Shown here one piece after another: positions 48,259 through 57,899 of a DNA stretch of 64,000 nucleotides; position 1 is the stretch's first letter, and each line of letters starts with the position of its first letter. Source of the stretch: Turneriella sp. Lineage in GTDB: Bacteria > Spirochaetota > Leptospiria > Turneriellales > Turneriellaceae. The position numbers and the translations under genes were made by a program. The stretch spans positions 1,056,001 to 1,120,000 of the forward strand of contig CBDIID010000003.1 in NCBI GenBank assembly GCA_965279515.1. Direction: 5' to 3'. The notes beneath the pieces are model-generated. The model was given only the letters and a program-made list of their open reading frames with translations, was not told the origin of the DNA and searched no databases.

Positions 48259-50871
48259 ATGATCGCGGACGCAACGCATAAGCTGGGGCAGGATATTGAA
48301 TTCCTGCACGGCATGCTGTCCGAGGTCATCTTGCAGCGCGAGGGCGCGGCGTTTTTCAAAACCCTCAGTGAAGCGCTGGAGCTTTCGGGCAACTACCGCG
48401 ATCAGAAGAACGAGGCGGATTTCGCCCGGTTAACTGCGCTGATCGAAGCGCTCGACAATACCAGCGCCGGAAAATTGACACGCACGCTGAGCGCCTACCT
48501 GACTCTTGTCAACATTGCCGAAGAACACCATAAGGTAAGGCTCGGCCGTGCAGAGACGCAGGCTTCCTTATCATCGACGTTTGCCTCGCTGCTGAAATCG
48601 GGCATCCAGCCAGAGAGAATTTTCTCGGCCGTCATGGAGCTACATATTGATCTCGTCCTCACTGCGCATCCCACCGAGATCATGCGGCGCGGCCTGCTGC
48701 AAAAATACACCAACATCGCGCGGGCGCTCGAAATCCGCGATTACACCGACGTACCGGTTTCTGAGCAGGCGCTCAATAACGACGCCATCCGCCGCGAGAT
48801 ATATGGTATCTGGGAAACAGATGCCATCCGCAAGAAAAAGCCGACACCGACCGACGAGGCCTACGGTGGCCTTTTGGTATTCGAGCAGACACTCTGGACC
48901 GAACTGCCGCGCTATCTGCGCGAGCTCTCCGCTTCGCTCACGGAACATACGGGGCAAAAGTTACCGCTCACCGCTGCGCCCATACACTTCAGTTCGTGGA
49001 TGGGCGGCGACCGCGATGGCAATCCCAATGTAACCCATATGGTGACGCGGCGCGCCGTCTGGCTCGCTCAGTGGATGGCCGCCGTGCTCTATGAACGCGA
49101 GATCGATAAATTACGCTTCGAACTTTCTGTCACGCCGGCCAGCGACGAGCTGCAGAAGCTGACAGAAAATGCACACGAACCCTACCGGGTCTATCTCAAG
49201 AAGACGCATACCAAAATGACATCCACACGGCTGCGCCTTGAAGATTTGCTGCAGCACGGCATAACACAAATCCAGGATTATTACCGCAACACGGAAGAAC
49301 TCACTGAAGAACTTCTGGTTGTCTACCGCTCGCTGATCGCTGTGCACATGGAAGTCATCGCTGAGGGCCGTCTCGCCGATCTCATGCGCCGCCTCGCGGT
49401 GTTCGGTCTCTATCTCGTAAAGCTGGACATCCGCCAGGAATCGGCGCGGCACAAACAGACGATGGCCGAGGTTACACGCGCCCTGGGCATGGGTGACTAT
49501 GCGGAATACCCCGAGCATGAGAAGATCGCCTTTCTCTGCACCGAGCTCAAGGAACCCAGGCCCTTGGTGCCCACCGACCTCGAATGCACACCGGAAAGCA
49601 GTGAGGTGCTCGATACATTCCGGATGCTGGCGCAGATCCGCACCGAATCTCTCGGCGCCTATGTGATCTCGATGGCGAAACAGGCCTCTGACGTGTTACT
49701 CGTGCACCTTTTCCAGAAAGTCAGCGGCCGCAAAAAACACCTGCGCGTCGTGCCGCTCTTTGAGACGATTGAAGACCTGAAGAACGCGCCGCGTATCCTA
49801 AAAAACCTGCTGAACATTCCGGAATACCGGGCGCTGATCGGCGACAAACAGGAAATCATGATCGGTTACTCCGATAGCTCGAAAGATTCGGGCATACTCA
49901 CCGCCGCCTGGCATCTCTACCGCTGCCAGGAAGAAATTATCGAAGTGTGCCGTGAGGCGGGCGTTGAGGTCACACTCTTCCATGGCCGCGGCGGCACCAT
50001 CGGTCGCGGCGGTGGGCCGACACATCTCGCGATCATGTCGCAGCCGCCGGGTTCCGTCAAAGGCCGCATCCGTGTGACGGAACAGGGTGAGATGATCCAG
50101 GCAAAATTCGGCCTGCCCAGCGTCGCCCGCCGTACGCTTGAAATCTATACCACTGCAGTGCTGACAGCAAGCCTCGAGCCGCCACCGGGGCCGCCGCAAA
50201 GTTATCGCAACATCATGGATGAGTTAGCGGAAAATGCAGCCACTGCCTACCGCTCGCTGGTATACGGCAACGATAAATTTCTGGAGTACTTTCAGACCGC
50301 GACACCGGAACGCGAACTCGGCAACCTTAATATCGGTTCGCGCCCCGCCAAACGCCGCGCAGGCGGTATCGAGAGCCTCAGGGCAATCCCCTGGATCTTT
50401 GCCTGGACGCAGACCCGGGTACTGCTGCCCTCATGGCTCGGCGTTGGCGAAGCGCTGGAAAAAATCGGCAACAAGGGCGAGCTCCACACGATGCGGCGCG
50501 ACTGGTACTTTTTCCGTTCCTTCGTCGATCTGATCGAGATGGTGCTGACCAAAACCGACGCGCGGATTGCCTCGTATTATGATACGGCGCTCGTGCCGGA
50601 AGGTCTCGCCGTTATCGGCGCTGAAATCCAGGAGAAACTCAGGGATACCACAAAGCGGATACTCCACCTTTCGAATACGGATGCGCTGGTTGCGTATGAC
50701 CACAATCTGCAGCGTGAAATCCGCTTTAGGGCCATTTGGTTGAATCCCCTGAATATTCTACAGGTCGCTTTTCTCAAGCGCCTGCGCGAAAACAGTGAAA
50801 ATGAGGCCCTCAGGCGCGGACTTTTGCTGACGATTAACGGTATCGCAGCCGGACTAAAAAATACTGGCTAG
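48259..50871 (+). CDS. ppc: Phosphoenolpyruvate carboxylase
   Basis: VLTAHPTE, SWMGGDRDGNP, MIGYSDS.KD, FHGRGGTIGRGGGP, LRAIPW, GLKNTG. Confidence 0.97.
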   Translation: MIADATHKLGQDIEFLHGMLSEVILQREGAAFFKTLSEALELSGNYRDQKNEADFARLTALIEALDNTSAGKLTRTLSAYLTLVNIAEEHHKVRLGRAETQASLSSTFASLLKSGIQPERIFSAVMELHIDLVLTAHPTEIMRRGLLQKYTNIARALEIRDYTDVPVSEQALNNDAIRREIYGIWETDAIRKKKPTPTDEAYGGLLVFEQTLWTELPRYLRELSASLTEHTGQKLPLTAAPIHFSSWMGGDRDGNPNVTHMVTRRAVWLAQWMAAVLYEREIDKLRFELSVTPASDELQKLTENAHEPYRVYLKKTHTKMTSTRLRLEDLLQHGITQIQDYYRNTEELTEELLVVYRSLIAVHMEVIAEGRLADLMRRLAVFGLYLVKLDIRQESARHKQTMAEVTRALGMGDYAEYPEHEKIAFLCTELKEPRPLVPTDLECTPESSEVLDTFRMLAQIRTESLGAYVISMAKQASDVLLVHLFQKVSGRKKHLRVVPLFETIEDLKNAPRILKNLLNIPEYRALIGDKQEIMIGYSDSSKDSGILTAAWHLYRCQEEIIEVCREAGVEVTLFHGRGGTIGRGGGPTHLAIMSQPPGSVKGRIRVTEQGEMIQAKFGLPSVARRTLEIYTTAVLTASLEPPPGPPQSYRNIMDELAENAATAYRSLVYGNDKFLEYFQTATPERELGNLNIGSRPAKRRAGGIESLRAIPWIFAWTQTRVLLPSWLGVGEALEKIGNKGELHTMRRDWYFFRSFVDLIEMVLTKTDARIASYYDTALVPEGLAVIGAEIQEKLRDTTKRILHLSNTDALVAYDHNLQREIRFRAIWLNPLNILQVAFLKRLRENSENEALRRGLLLTINGIAAGLKNTG

Positions 50872-50930
50872 CCAAAAAGATTCCGGATACTTTTGTTGAC
50901 GTTTCGCATTCTCGTTCGTCTATGGGACAT

Positions 50931-52046
50931 ATGAAAGAATTTCTGCGCCTTCTGGTCTTTACAGGCGCTTTGGTAACGGGTACAAGTTCGCTCCTGGCGG
51001 CAGGCCCCGAGGCGGCACGGGTAGCCATCATTCAGTACGAAGATAAAACCGGCTCCAAAAATTTCGAATATATGCCCGGTTCGCTTCAGGAAGCCATTAC
51101 GAAATCGATGCATAAGAAGTTCGAGTTCATTGAGGTCGACGCTTCAAAAGTCGAACCCATCGCCGCTGAAATTCGCGCGAAAAATAAAGGCAAGATTACG
51201 CCAAAAGAAGCGGCAGAGATTTGCCGCCGGGCGGACATAGATATTCTGATCTACGGAAATTTTACTTTCGATAAGGCGAACAATGAGTTGGAAATCCATA
51301 CGGACATTTCCCTCGGCTCGGCGGAAAAATTCCGTACGCTGGAACCGGTGGAGAACCGCGTCGATGCAACAATCTTCGGTGCCGCGGAACGTGTCGCGGG
51401 TGGTATTGTTACGGAGATCACAAAGGTGGCTTTAGAACAGCAACAGGCTAAGGGTAAGGTGGCAGTCGAAAAAGATAAGAAAGGCAAAACCCAACTGGAA
51501 AAGACGGAGAAAACAAAGACCTGGGCAGAGCAGAATTGGATGATCACCGCTGCTGTAGGGCCCAGCCTGCCGCTCGTGAACCGAAGCAATGCCGACCCTA
51601 AGGTTGATGGAATGATTGATGTATTGGCAGCGCGGCGTTTCAGGGGTGGGTGGCACTTTGGCCTTATGGGCACATGGGGTGGTGTCCGCACGGTGAGCAA
51701 TACTTCCGGAGCAAAATCTGAAATGAACGTAGGCGCAGGTGCGTTTACCGCCGGATATTTCTGGGATCTTTCGGCACGTTGGCGCGCAACCAGCCTTGTC
51801 GGCGCCGGCTATTATTTCGGAGACTTCAACAGGTATGTCGATTGTGGTACGAGTTGCGGCACTTCGAGTTTTACTTCGGAAAACTTCAAGATCCGCAATC
51901 CCTTCGCACTGACGCGTTTAGGTATTCACTTTCTGATTTTTTCATTCTTATCTCTGGGCCTTGAAGCGGATTACCGGGTTTACTTTGATTCATCGAAACC
52001 GGTTCAGGCGGTTCATGGCACCCTTTCGATATCTGCGGTATTTTAG
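50931..52046 (+). CDS. Exported protein with TolB-N/CsgG-like N-terminal domain and C-terminal outer-membrane beta-barrel
   Basis: Signal peptide; RVAIIQYED.T.....Y...SL...I and DILIYG.F pattern; beta-strands ending ISAVF. Confidence 0.62.
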   Translation: MKEFLRLLVFTGALVTGTSSLLAAGPEAARVAIIQYEDKTGSKNFEYMPGSLQEAITKSMHKKFEFIEVDASKVEPIAAEIRAKNKGKITPKEAAEICRRADIDILIYGNFTFDKANNELEIHTDISLGSAEKFRTLEPVENRVDATIFGAAERVAGGIVTEITKVALEQQQAKGKVAVEKDKKGKTQLEKTEKTKTWAEQNWMITAAVGPSLPLVNRSNADPKVDGMIDVLAARRFRGGWHFGLMGTWGGVRTVSNTSGAKSEMNVGAGAFTAGYFWDLSARWRATSLVGAGYYFGDFNRYVDCGTSCGTSSFTSENFKIRNPFALTRLGIHFLIFSFLSLGLEADYRVYFDSSKPVQAVHGTLSISAVF

Positions 52047-52054
52047 GAGGACTG

Positions 52055-52732
52055 ATGTTAAGAATACACTCCTTAATAGCCATGGCAGTGCTTACCGCTC
52101 ACTGCAATAATTATGATCTTTTGGATAAACTGCAAAACCCGGGAACGGCTTCTACTTCTACATTCAAGGAAAGTTTTACCAATAACTATTATGTCTTTGT
52201 CAGTTCATGGACGACGCTCGGTGCTATGAACGGTTCGCCCTACAATTCTGAATGCAGCGGCTCTGTCGGCGATGGCAAAGCCGATTGCGCTTGTACGCGC
52301 GCCGCCATCGCTCGAGGTCTGCGCCGCAGTAGCACGCATGTCTTCAGGGCATGGCTTTCGACGGTAGGCACCAACGCAAAATGTCGTATTCAGGGATTAT
52401 CCAACGGCACCTGCGACCCTGGCGTTTCAGTTCCGTGGTTCAATACGAACGGACAAACAGTGGTGACCAGCTATGCAGGGTTTTTCGCCGGTACCATCGC
52501 TGCTAATATTCGATATGATGAATTTGGCGTCGATCAGGGTGTGCCTCAGGTCTGGACAGGCACCAGCGCGACCGGAACCTACAGCGGTACCAATTGCGCT
52601 GACTGGTTAGATCAGACTTCCGGTGGGTCTGGAACATATGGAGACAGAACTGTCACCACCGCGGTTTGGACGACCAGTACGACACTCGCATGTGATAATA
52701 GCCACCGTATCTATTGCGTCGCCGCACCATAA
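52055..52732 (+). CDS. Endostatin-like (DUF1554/Len-type) lipoprotein
   Basis: SD GGAGG; lipobox TAHC; VFVS, ADC.C, RAWLS, W.NTNG, VWTG, C.DW, IYC. Confidence 0.78.
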   Translation: MLRIHSLIAMAVLTAHCNNYDLLDKLQNPGTASTSTFKESFTNNYYVFVSSWTTLGAMNGSPYNSECSGSVGDGKADCACTRAAIARGLRRSSTHVFRAWLSTVGTNAKCRIQGLSNGTCDPGVSVPWFNTNGQTVVTSYAGFFAGTIAANIRYDEFGVDQGVPQVWTGTSATGTYSGTNCADWLDQTSGGSGTYGDRTVTTAVWTTSTTLACDNSHRIYCVAAP

Positions 52733-52736
52733 ACAC

Positions 52737-53426
52737 ATGAAATCCCACCTGCTCACCTCTGCTCTTCTGTGTATATCGATGCTGCAATGCAACAATTACA
52801 GCCTCGCCGACAAGCTCGCGAATCCTGGCGTAAGCAACAGCACCTCGCAGGAACGCTTAATCGCATTCGTCGCCTCAGCGTCTTCGCTGGCAAATTTTAC
52901 CGGCTACATTGCCGGGGCTTATGCCAGCTGTGCCGGTTTTTCGGGTCAGGGAAGAGCCGACTGCGCCTGCCAAATAATGGCTGCCAATGCCGGGCTTTCC
53001 ATGCCTAAGAGCGGAAAATATATTTCATGGACTAGCATCACCAGCAACGACATGAGATGCCGAATTCAGGGCATATTCAACCAGACGACCTGCGCTTCGA
53101 TCCCGTCCGGTGGACCACTTTGGGTAAATACAAACGGTGTTTCCATTGCCAATGGTTATTCTGGTTTGTTTTCAGGCAATCTCATGTCCGCATTGAACCT
53201 GACTGAAAACAAGGGAGCCCCGCCCAGCACAGACGTCTGGACGGGAACAAATTCCGATGGCACGATTGCCGGCACGGGTGCCACCGCAACCTGTACAGAT
53301 TGGACAGGTGCGGGCAACGGCATTTCCGGGACAACAAATAGCTCTGGTGTAATATGGACGAATAACAGTAGCAGCTCATCATGCTCGAGTTCATCCTTAC
53401 CGGTTTATTGCTTTGCCCAACCTTAA
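52737..53426 (+). CDS. Endostatin-like (DUF1554/Len-type) lipoprotein, tandem paralogue
   Basis: ATG 52737; lipobox MLQC; same Cys/Trp pattern (ADCAC, CRIQG, W.NTNG, VWTGT, C.DW, VYC). Confidence 0.78.
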   Translation: MKSHLLTSALLCISMLQCNNYSLADKLANPGVSNSTSQERLIAFVASASSLANFTGYIAGAYASCAGFSGQGRADCACQIMAANAGLSMPKSGKYISWTSITSNDMRCRIQGIFNQTTCASIPSGGPLWVNTNGVSIANGYSGLFSGNLMSALNLTENKGAPPSTDVWTGTNSDGTIAGTGATATCTDWTGAGNGISGTTNSSGVIWTNNSSSSSCSSSSLPVYCFAQP

Positions 53427-53429
53427 CCC

Positions 53430-54473
53430 ATGACCCACCGCCCCCTCGGCACGACCGATATTGCCGTCAGCGCCATCTGCCTCGGCACGATGACATGGGG
53501 ATTACAAAATACAGAAGCCGAAGGCCACGAGCAGATGGATTATGCCCTCGGCGAAGGCGTCAATTTTTTTGATACCGCCGAGATGTATGCGATACCGCCC
53601 TCCCCCGAAACCTATGGCACCACCGAAACGATTATCGGTAGCTGGTTCGCGAAACGCAAGAACCGTGATAAAATTATTCTCGCCACCAAGATCGCTGGTA
53701 ACGGCCTCAAGTGGGCCCACAGCGCGAGCAACATCAACCGTGAAAGCCTCATCGCCTCGGTCGAAGGTTCACTCAAGCGCCTGCAAACCGACTATATCGA
53801 CCTCTACCAGCTGCACTGGCCCAACCGCGGTTCTTACCATTTCGGCCAGGCCTGGGATTACAAAATCAAGAAGTCGACCACTACAGAAGAAGAGATCGCA
53901 AACTTCGCCGAAGTGCTTGAAACGCTACAAGAACTGATGGCCGCGGGAAAAATCCGCCATATTGGCCTAAGCAATGAGACGGCCTGGGGCACGATGAAAT
54001 ATTTGCAACTTGCGGAAACAAAGGGCCTGCCCCGTGTTCAATCGATACAGAACGAATACAGCCTTTTGTACCGCCTGCACGAACCCGACCTCATGGAAGT
54101 TTCGCTGCGCGAAAATGTGGGATTGCTCGCGTGGTCACCGCTCGCTTCCGGCCTTATTACCGGTAAATATGCCAACGGCGCGCGGCCCAAGGGGACGCGC
54201 TGGACACTGTCTAATCGCTTTAACCAGCGCGACGTGCCGAATGCGCACGCTGCTGTGGAGCGCTACGCTGAAATTGCAAAAAAGCACAACCTCGATGTGG
54301 CACAGATGGCGCTCGCCTTCGTGCTTTCGCGGCCCTTCGTCACCGCGGCGATCATCGGGGCCACCAGTATGGAACAGCTGAAAACCAATATTGCTGCACA
54401 GCAGCTGACGCTCAGCCAGGAAGTTCTCGATGATATCGCCGCGGCAAGGCGTGATTTTCCGATTCCCTTCTAA
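53430..54473 (+). CDS. Aldo/keto reductase (Tas-like)
   Basis: ICLGTMTWG.QN, FDTAEMY, LATK, SLKRLQTDYIDLYQLHWP, IGLSNET, QNEYSLL, IIGAT. Confidence 0.93.
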   Translation: MTHRPLGTTDIAVSAICLGTMTWGLQNTEAEGHEQMDYALGEGVNFFDTAEMYAIPPSPETYGTTETIIGSWFAKRKNRDKIILATKIAGNGLKWAHSASNINRESLIASVEGSLKRLQTDYIDLYQLHWPNRGSYHFGQAWDYKIKKSTTTEEEIANFAEVLETLQELMAAGKIRHIGLSNETAWGTMKYLQLAETKGLPRVQSIQNEYSLLYRLHEPDLMEVSLRENVGLLAWSPLASGLITGKYANGARPKGTRWTLSNRFNQRDVPNAHAAVERYAEIAKKHNLDVAQMALAFVLSRPFVTAAIIGATSMEQLKTNIAAQQLTLSQEVLDDIAAARRDFPIPF

Positions 54474-54528
54474 AAAATTTAGACAAATCCTTCCACCATC
54501 CGCATCTATCTGACAGAGGATATCGACG

Positions 54529-55026
54529 GTGGATTTCAACAACTGGGCCGAAACGATCCGCCCGAAACTCATCCGCCTCGCGGCGTCACAACTCAAGGAC
54601 GAACACGAGGCAGAAGATGTGGTGCAGGATACGCTGACCATTCTGTGGCGGCGCGGGCCCGGGGGAATTTCAAACCTCGACGCCTATGCGGCGCGTTCTG
54701 TGTGGCAGAACGCCTCGCAAAAGCGGGCACGGCGCCGCGACGCGCTGCCGCTCGAGACGGAAACTCTGCGGGCCGCGGGGTTTGACGAGCCGGTGGCGCG
54801 TGAGGTTGTTGAAGACCAGCTACAGACCTGGGATATCGAAGAAGCCATCGCCGGCCTCAGCGAAGAGCAGCAAAGCGTCGTGCGCCTGCACTATTATAGC
54901 GGCCTGAGCTTCAGGGAGATCGGCGGAGCCCTCAAAATTTCAATGAATACGGCCGCAAGCCGCTGTCGTTATGCCTTAGATCAGCTGCGGCATAAGCTCG
55001 CGGAGTACGGAGAAAAAGGAGAATAG
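54529..55026 (+). CDS. ECF RNA polymerase sigma factor
   Basis: AEDVVQD, L...Q..V..L.YY.GLS..EI...L.IS.NT..SR...A; SD GAGG. Confidence 0.9.
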   Translation: MDFNNWAETIRPKLIRLAASQLKDEHEAEDVVQDTLTILWRRGPGGISNLDAYAARSVWQNASQKRARRRDALPLETETLRAAGFDEPVAREVVEDQLQTWDIEEAIAGLSEEQQSVVRLHYYSGLSFREIGGALKISMNTAASRCRYALDQLRHKLAEYGEKGE

Positions 55027-55027
55027 A

Positions 55028-55357
55028 ATGGAAGATAAGAAAGAAGAGAACGCGGTGCGCTTCGGCGGGCACGCCGTGCCTGGCATCGCCGGTGTGATCG
55101 GTGGCGTCGCTTTTGCGGTACTTGTACCATGGGTATTGTTGTCACATGGCCAACTGCTCGGCACCACGGTCTTGACAACGCTGGTGATGATCGCAGTCAT
55201 CGGTGGCGGCGTGATCGCACTCACGGCGGCGTTTTTCAGCCTGGTGATGCCATCGAGCGTCAGCCACGAAAATAAATGGGACCAGTGGGAAAAATGGCAG
55301 AAAATGCAGAAGAAGATGAAGGATGACAAAAATCAGGGCGAGAACAAACCCGAATAA
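55028..55357 (+). CDS. Small two-TM membrane protein (possible anti-sigma partner)
   Basis: Two hydrophobic helices; begins 1 nt after the sigma factor stop codon. Confidence 0.6.
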   Translation: MEDKKEENAVRFGGHAVPGIAGVIGGVAFAVLVPWVLLSHGQLLGTTVLTTLVMIAVIGGGVIALTAAFFSLVMPSSVSHENKWDQWEKWQKMQKKMKDDKNQGENKPE

Positions 55358-55358
55358 A

Positions 55359-55392
55359 AAATCCGCAGGGAGGCTCGCCTCCCTGCGGGTTT
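55359..55392. terminator. Bidirectional terminator-like hairpin
   Basis: AAATCCGCAGGGAGGC-TC-GCCTCCCTGCGGGTTT between convergent genes. Confidence 0.75.
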
Positions 55393-55396
55393 GTCA

Positions 55397-55846
55397 TTAA
55401 CCGGAAATAACCGAGTCGACCGAGAACTTGCCGCCGCCGTTGATGAGAATCGCAACGACGAGCCCAAGCGCAAGAATGAAAAACTCGATGCCCTCGCCCT
55501 TCTGAGCGCCGAACCAGTTCATGAAGAAACCGTTCTCCCAGTGGACCATGAACATGGCCGAGAGCAGAATTACACCGATCCACAGGCTCATGAGACGTGT
55601 ACCGGCACCCGCAAGCAACAGCACACCACCCACAGACTCACCCACGATGACGAGAAATGCGATAATCGCCGGCAGCCCCGCAGTCTTGGTGAAATACTGC
55701 ATCGTGCCTGAAAAACCATAACCGCCAAACCAGCCCAGAAGCTTTTGCGCACCGTGCGGCAGAATCATCGCCGCGAGGGTGAGGCGCAGGATTAACCCCG
55801 TCCAGTCTCCGTTCGTCGAGAGGATGTTTTGAATCAAATTTGTCAT
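55397..55846 (-). CDS. DoxX family membrane protein
   Basis: LILRLTL....PHGAQKLLGWFGGYG, E..GG..L..G..TR, FMNW.G...GEG.E, G.G.FSVD; SD AAGGAG. Confidence 0.93.
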   Translation of the reverse strand: MTNLIQNILSTNGDWTGLILRLTLAAMILPHGAQKLLGWFGGYGFSGTMQYFTKTAGLPAIIAFLVIVGESVGGVLLLAGAGTRLMSLWIGVILLSAMFMVHWENGFFMNWFGAQKGEGIEFFILALGLVVAILINGGGKFSVDSVISG

Positions 55847-55994
55847 AAAATCTCCTTAAAAGAATTTGTTATGACCTCTGAAAAACACCGTTTTCGGAAC
55901 TCTTCAGACGCCATACATAGCCCATTACAGCGGCCTACTGGCCGGGCGTTTTTCGAAAACGCAAGGCCGCTTTGCGGCCTTCTGGAAAAGGCTT

Positions 55995-56052
55995 TAGTTG
56001 ACTCATCAACCATTAGCCTGAAGATAATGCCAAATAGTTGACTCGTCAACTA
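55995..56052. promoter_or_regulatory. Two palindromic operator sites (probable MarR boxes)
   Basis: TAGTTGACTCATCAACCA (55995-56012) and perfect TAGTTGAC-TC-GTCAACTA (56035-56052) between divergent doxX and marR. Confidence 0.75.
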
Positions 56053-56072
56053 AAAGTTGTTATTTTGGTGTT

Positions 56073-56543
56073 ATGAAAAAGATGAGCCCTGCAGTGACGG
56101 TCTGGCGCGATATGCTGGCCTACCACAGTGAAGTCATGTTCCGCACCGAACGGGAACTGAAGGCCGCGGGGGCGATACCGCTCGCCGCGTATGACATCCT
56201 CATCGAACTCGAGACGGTACCTGAAAAAAAAATGCGGCTCTACGATCTCTCGGAAGCTTGCCTGTTAACGAAAAGCGGCGTCACGAAGATGGTCAACACG
56301 CTTGAAAAACAAAACTTGCTGCGCCGCGAACGCTGCCCCGATGACAAGCGCGGTTTCTTCGCCGCAATTACGGATAAGGGAGGTTTTGCGGTGCGCAAGG
56401 CCTGGCTCATCTATAAGAAATGCATCGAGAATTATTTTACCTCGGCGCTCAGCGAAGGGGAAATTGTTCAGCTCGGCAAGATCTTACCCAAGCTGCGGCA
56501 GAACCTGCCGAAAAACTTTATGCAGGAAGCCTGCAGCGAATAA
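56073..56543 (+). CDS. MarR family transcriptional regulator
   Basis: YDILIEL, MRL.DL, LTKSG.T..V..LEK..L.RR..C.DDKRG....IT..G. Confidence 0.93.
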   Translation: MKKMSPAVTVWRDMLAYHSEVMFRTERELKAAGAIPLAAYDILIELETVPEKKMRLYDLSEACLLTKSGVTKMVNTLEKQNLLRRERCPDDKRGFFAAITDKGGFAVRKAWLIYKKCIENYFTSALSEGEIVQLGKILPKLRQNLPKNFMQEACSE

Positions 56544-56581
56544 ACAAATTGCCGCTGTAGCGCAGGCGGCGATAAAGGTGG

Positions 56582-57856
56582 ATGCAGCTCAAGTGGTACC
56601 ATGCGGCGATCGTCGTCATCACGGCTCTCGCCACCCTGCTGTTCTGGTCGTTTAACCGCGGCCCCGGGCAAATCGCACCGGGGGGCTACCGCAGCTTCAG
56701 CCGCGTCGGCAGCCAGGGCTTTGCGACTCCTGCCGAGCTCGAACGCATGCTCAACCGCAACCCCTCGCATAAGGCAATGCTCGAGGCCTACCGCGTGCAC
56801 GCGCAGTACCCCGATTTTTCGCGGCCGCTCGAGAAGACCATGGTTGACCTCATCGATCCGTGGAAGCATGTCGACGAACCGATGCCACTCATCGACGATG
56901 CGGCGCTGCGCAGCGAAGGCGGCGTCAAAAAGCGGATTGAAGATTTAAAGAAGTCTGGAAAAAAAGACGCGGACATCGAAGCAGATCTCAAAAAATATTA
57001 CGAATCGTTGCCGCGTTACCAGTTTTCAGCCAACCGCCACACGCTCACCTTTGGCGACGAGCTCATCGTCACGCTGAAGGTGACCGACGCCAACGGCGCA
57101 AGGCTTGCCTACACGTTGGGCGATGTCTATGTACTGGGTGACCCCCTCTTCACCAAATCACAGCTGGGTTCGCCCGACTTCAACGACACGGGGATTCCCC
57201 CCGATGGTGTTGCCGACGACGGCATCACCACCTTCAGCTGGAAAATTCCCGGCGAAGATAAAAAGTATTGGGGCAACCTGAAGCTTGTGGTGCAGATCAA
57301 AGCGAAGGGCGCTAAAGAGCCGATTGAAGTTACACATACATTTTTCGCGAGCCCGATCTCACCCGGTAAATTCACCGATAATATCACCGAGCGCCTCGAA
57401 AACGGCAGTCTGGTCATCGACGCCATCGTGGATGTAAAACGGGAATGCAAGTTTGTCTTTCAGGCAAATCTCTACGATTACAGGGGAAATCCTACACACT
57501 GGGTGACAGTAAATTCTGTTCTCGAGCCCGGTTTCAGAACTGTATCCTTTATCTTCTTCGGCAAGATCTTTCATGACAATGGTTATTCGGGCAAGTTTAC
57601 GATGCGCGATCTCAGGGGCACCTGCGAGAACCTACCCTTCCCCGCGCGCTGGATCGGCGACCCGGCGAAGGTCGACGCGATTGCGAATGCCAACCCGCTC
57701 GATGAGCCGGTGCTGTATTACATGCCGTATACGACGAAGACGTACACCACAACGCGGGAATATACGCTGAAAGACTTCAGTAATGCCGAATGGACTTCGC
57801 CGGAAAAAGAGATGCGGATCAGAGATATGGGAGAAGCAGCGAGAGGGGAAAATTAA
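56582..57856 (+). CDS. Membrane-anchored protein with choice-of-anchor X-like Ca-binding motif
   Basis: N-terminal TM; FNDTGIPPDGVADDGITTF motif; beta-rich C-terminus. Confidence 0.6.
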   Translation: MQLKWYHAAIVVITALATLLFWSFNRGPGQIAPGGYRSFSRVGSQGFATPAELERMLNRNPSHKAMLEAYRVHAQYPDFSRPLEKTMVDLIDPWKHVDEPMPLIDDAALRSEGGVKKRIEDLKKSGKKDADIEADLKKYYESLPRYQFSANRHTLTFGDELIVTLKVTDANGARLAYTLGDVYVLGDPLFTKSQLGSPDFNDTGIPPDGVADDGITTFSWKIPGEDKKYWGNLKLVVQIKAKGAKEPIEVTHTFFASPISPGKFTDNITERLENGSLVIDAIVDVKRECKFVFQANLYDYRGNPTHWVTVNSVLEPGFRTVSFIFFGKIFHDNGYSGKFTMRDLRGTCENLPFPARWIGDPAKVDAIANANPLDEPVLYYMPYTTKTYTTTREYTLKDFSNAEWTSPEKEMRIRDMGEAARGEN

Positions 57857-57890
57857 TCCCTTGCCCCGGATTTAAATCCGGAGCAAGGGA
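57857..57890. terminator. Long hairpin between convergent genes
   Basis: TCCCTTGC-C-CCGGATTT/AAATCCGG-A-GCAAGGGA. Confidence 0.65.
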
Positions 57891-57899
57891 AATGGAAAC

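Noticed and set aside
52055..53426. Diversity-generating retroelement targeting the lectin-like lipoproteins
   Set aside because: No reverse transcriptase and no template/variable repeat pair differing only at adenines.
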